A DNA stretch of 57,025 nucleotides from Escherichia phage PLYYY01: sequence record MZ911962.1, one strand, 5' to 3'. The notes beneath the pieces were generated by a model. The model saw only the letters and a list, made by a program, of their open reading frames with translations. It made no database searches and was not told the origin of the DNA. Positions 54,901 to 57,025 of the stretch are shown one piece after another. A program made the translations under genes and the position numbers. Position 1 is the stretch's first letter. Each line of letters begins with the position of its first letter.

Positions 54901-55962
54901 ATGTCTAAATCTAAAATTATTCTACCATTTGGTCGTGGTGAAACTGACCTGACTCGTTTGAAGGATGTCATTGTCCCTGAAATCTTCACTGGTTATGTGC
55001 AGACGCAGACCGCTGAACTTTCTGCTCTGATTCAATCCGGTGCAGTTGTAATGGACGAGCGTTTATCTGCTAACCTTGCTGGTGCAGGTTTGACTTTTAA
55101 CGAGCCGTTCTATAACGACCTGAAAGATGAAGACGAAGATATCGCGGTTGATAAAGGTAATCCGTCCAAACCGTCAAACATCACTACCGGATCTGAAGTT
55201 CAGGTTCGTATGAGTCGTTCAAAATCCTGGGGTTCTGCGGATCTGGTATCTGCTTTGATTGGTAACGACCCAATGACCGCTATCGGCAACCGCGTGTCTG
55301 CGTGGTGGGTTCGCCGTCTGCAAGCTGCATACATCGCAACCTGGAAAGGTGTATTTGCTAATGCGAAGAAATCCCATAACGACGATTTGACTTTCGATAT
55401 TTCCGGTTCTTCGTTTGTAAACAACCAGACCAACTTTACCGCGTCTAACTTCATCAACGCAACGGCAACGATGGGTGATGCTGCTCGTGGTCTGACCATG
55501 ATTATGGTACACTCTACCGTTCGTAACCGTATGCGTCAGTTGAACCTGATCGACTTCATTCCAGATGCTCGCGGTGAAACTCAGTTTGAGTATTATCAGG
55601 GTCTGCGTATTATTGAAGACGACTCCATGCCGCACGATCCGTCTACTGGTGTCTTCGAAAGCTGGCTGTTCGGTCCGGGCGCCACTGCAATGGGTGCTGG
55701 TTCACCAAAAGTTCCGACCGCTGTGGTTCGTGACGAAGCTGCTAACAATGGCGCTGGTGAAGAAGTTCTTCACAACCGTGTTGAATGGATTCTGCATCCG
55801 GTCGGTCATGCTTGGGCTGCTGCTCAAACTGCTAAAGGTGGTCCGTCTAACGCTGCAACCACTAACAACCTGGCCCATGAAGATTCCTGGCGTCGTGCGT
55901 TCCCTGAGCGCAAGCAGCTTAAAGTTGCTCGCCTGATCACTCGTGAGTATCAGGGTTCCTAA
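54901..55962 (+). CDS. major capsid protein
   Basis: 353-aa ORF after the scaffold-like gene with AGGAG-type RBS context; size and position typical of HK97-fold capsid proteins. Confidence 0.65.
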   Translation: MSKSKIILPFGRGETDLTRLKDVIVPEIFTGYVQTQTAELSALIQSGAVVMDERLSANLAGAGLTFNEPFYNDLKDEDEDIAVDKGNPSKPSNITTGSEVQVRMSRSKSWGSADLVSALIGNDPMTAIGNRVSAWWVRRLQAAYIATWKGVFANAKKSHNDDLTFDISGSSFVNNQTNFTASNFINATATMGDAARGLTMIMVHSTVRNRMRQLNLIDFIPDARGETQFEYYQGLRIIEDDSMPHDPSTGVFESWLFGPGATAMGAGSPKVPTAVVRDEAANNGAGEEVLHNRVEWILHPVGHAWAAAQTAKGGPSNAATTNNLAHEDSWRRAFPERKQLKVARLITREYQGS

Positions 55963-56031
55963 GGCTTCACTCAACGCCGCGCTGTAGTATTTTGGGGACA
56001 TTTATGTCCCCTCTTTTTTAGGAGAACAACC

Positions 56032-56355
56032 ATGCGTTATCAACGTTATGAACGACATGACTTGATGGAAAAATCGTTGCAGGTGGAGCCAATTTCGATT
56101 ACTCTCGATCCTGCTAAGATTGACACCACAACTTCAGAAGTAAAAACGGTTACTGTTAAAATAAACTTTGTCCCAGGCGGAACTACAAACAAAGCGTATA
56201 GCGCGTCAGTTGACGGTTCCTCTGCTACAATTAAAGACAACGGGGACGGTACAATTACTGTGACCACAACCGCAAGCAGTGGTACTTCAAACTTGACAGT
56301 AACGTCCAAGGCAAAGGATAGTGTTACTGGTACATGTGTTATTAATGTGACCTAA
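56032..56355 (+). CDS. Ig-like (Big_2-type) domain protein, possible head decoration
   Basis: 107-aa ORF (start may be internal Met); Thr/Ser/Val-rich beta pattern ending GTCVINVT typical of bacterial Ig-like domains. Confidence 0.45.
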   Translation: MRYQRYERHDLMEKSLQVEPISITLDPAKIDTTTSEVKTVTVKINFVPGGTTNKAYSASVDGSSATIKDNGDGTITVTTTASSGTSNLTVTSKAKDSVTGTCVINVT

Positions 56356-56371
56356 AAATAAGGATTAAACA

Positions 56372-57025
56372 ATGAAGACATTAATTGAAGCATTGTTAGA
56401 ACTTGATCCGGATAACCCGAATCATTGGACTAGCGACGGTCTACCTAAAGTTGACGCTCTGCGTTTCGCTACTGCTAACCCGTCTTTAACCCGCGACGAT
56501 ATTACAACTGCTGCTCCGCTGTTTACCCGCGATAACCGCGTGCTGGAAGAGCCAGAGCCAGTGGAACCTGTTAAATCTGCTGATCCAGTTTTACATGAAG
56601 CTGTCAAACAGGAGAAAGCTCATGAAGAACAAAAGAAAGTCGCGGTTGCAACGATGCAAATCGAAGTTAAGATTAGCGAAGCACTGCGTGCTCTTCTGGA
56701 GCCGGAAAAAATCGGTGACACTTCCAGCCTAAGCGATGAAGAGCTAAAAGCGAAGCGTGAAAAGCTTAGCGATGTGGTTAAAGAGATTGCCCACACTAAG
56801 CACGCGCTGGAGCTTGCTATTGCCGACGTTCAAGCAGATCTGGATAAGATTATCGTTGAGCAGGAAAGTCGTCGTCCTAAGTCCGGTCTTACTGCAACTC
56901 AGATGTATCTCGAGGCGCAGAAAAAACGTAAACCTGAAGACATGCTTTCTGACCATCGCTTCCAGAACCCTATTGATGATCCGGTTGCCCGTATGGTTGC
57001 ACGTAATATGATGCGTCGAGGTTAA
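56372..57025 (+). CDS. hypothetical virion-associated protein
   Basis: 217-aa ORF ending exactly at the window end with TAA; between capsid genes and (if circular) the tail tube gene. Confidence 0.4.
   Translation: MKTLIEALLELDPDNPNHWTSDGLPKVDALRFATANPSLTRDDITTAAPLFTRDNRVLEEPEPVEPVKSADPVLHEAVKQEKAHEEQKKVAVATMQIEVKISEALRALLEPEKIGDTSSLSDEELKAKREKLSDVVKEIAHTKHALELAIADVQADLDKIIVEQESRRPKSGLTATQMYLEAQKKRKPEDMLSDHRFQNPIDDPVARMVARNMMRRG

Noticed and set aside
2359-56780. Reading TGTGGTTA as a DnaA box (TTATCCACA / TGTGGATAA) or Chi site (GCTGGTGG)
   Set aside because: One or more mismatches at conserved positions to each, and the copies are dispersed rather than clustered as at an origin; kept as an unexplained motif.
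1-57025. tRNA or other stable RNA genes
   Set aside because: I scanned intergenic regions for T-loop-like GTTCGAATC/GGTTCAA motifs with cloverleaf context and found none; a tRNAscan-SE or Infernal run would be needed to be certain.

Overview
The window reads as a complete or near-complete genome (about 57 kb) of a tailed siphovirus-type phage; it starts exactly on a GTG start codon and ends exactly on a TAA stop. Plus-strand genes at 43.9-57.0 kb and 0-14.4 kb encode small early proteins, a lysis cassette (endolysin-like, holin-like, overlapping i-/o-spanins), terminase small and large subunits, portal, scaffold, major capsid, then a lambda-like tail module (tube, G/GT chaperone, tape measure, M/L/K-like, J-like tip, fiber). 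A long minus-strand block (14.4-42.5 kb) carries the replication and nucleotide-metabolism genes (family B DNA polymerase, primase-helicase, DEAH helicase, Sak4-like ATPase, SSB-like protein, ATP-dependent DNA ligase, RNase H, dUTPase, nucleases) and a 7-deazaguanine DNA-modification cluster (DpdA-like, FolE, QueD, QueC, QueE, YhhQ-like transporter). This gene content resembles the 9g/Seurat-like (Queuovirinae) enterobacterial phages, but that placement is from memory of the family, not a database search. Main hunt results: the deazaguanine cluster with embedded unknown genes; the octamer TGTGGTTA present at least 32 times against roughly 2 expected; a -1 frameshift extension of the tail chaperone; an HslV-like protein and a C39-like peptidase near the lysis genes; and an 830-bp AT-rich iteron-bearing intergenic region. 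No tRNA, rRNA or CRISPR array was found. All calls are from reading the sequence and ORF translations; no searches were run.
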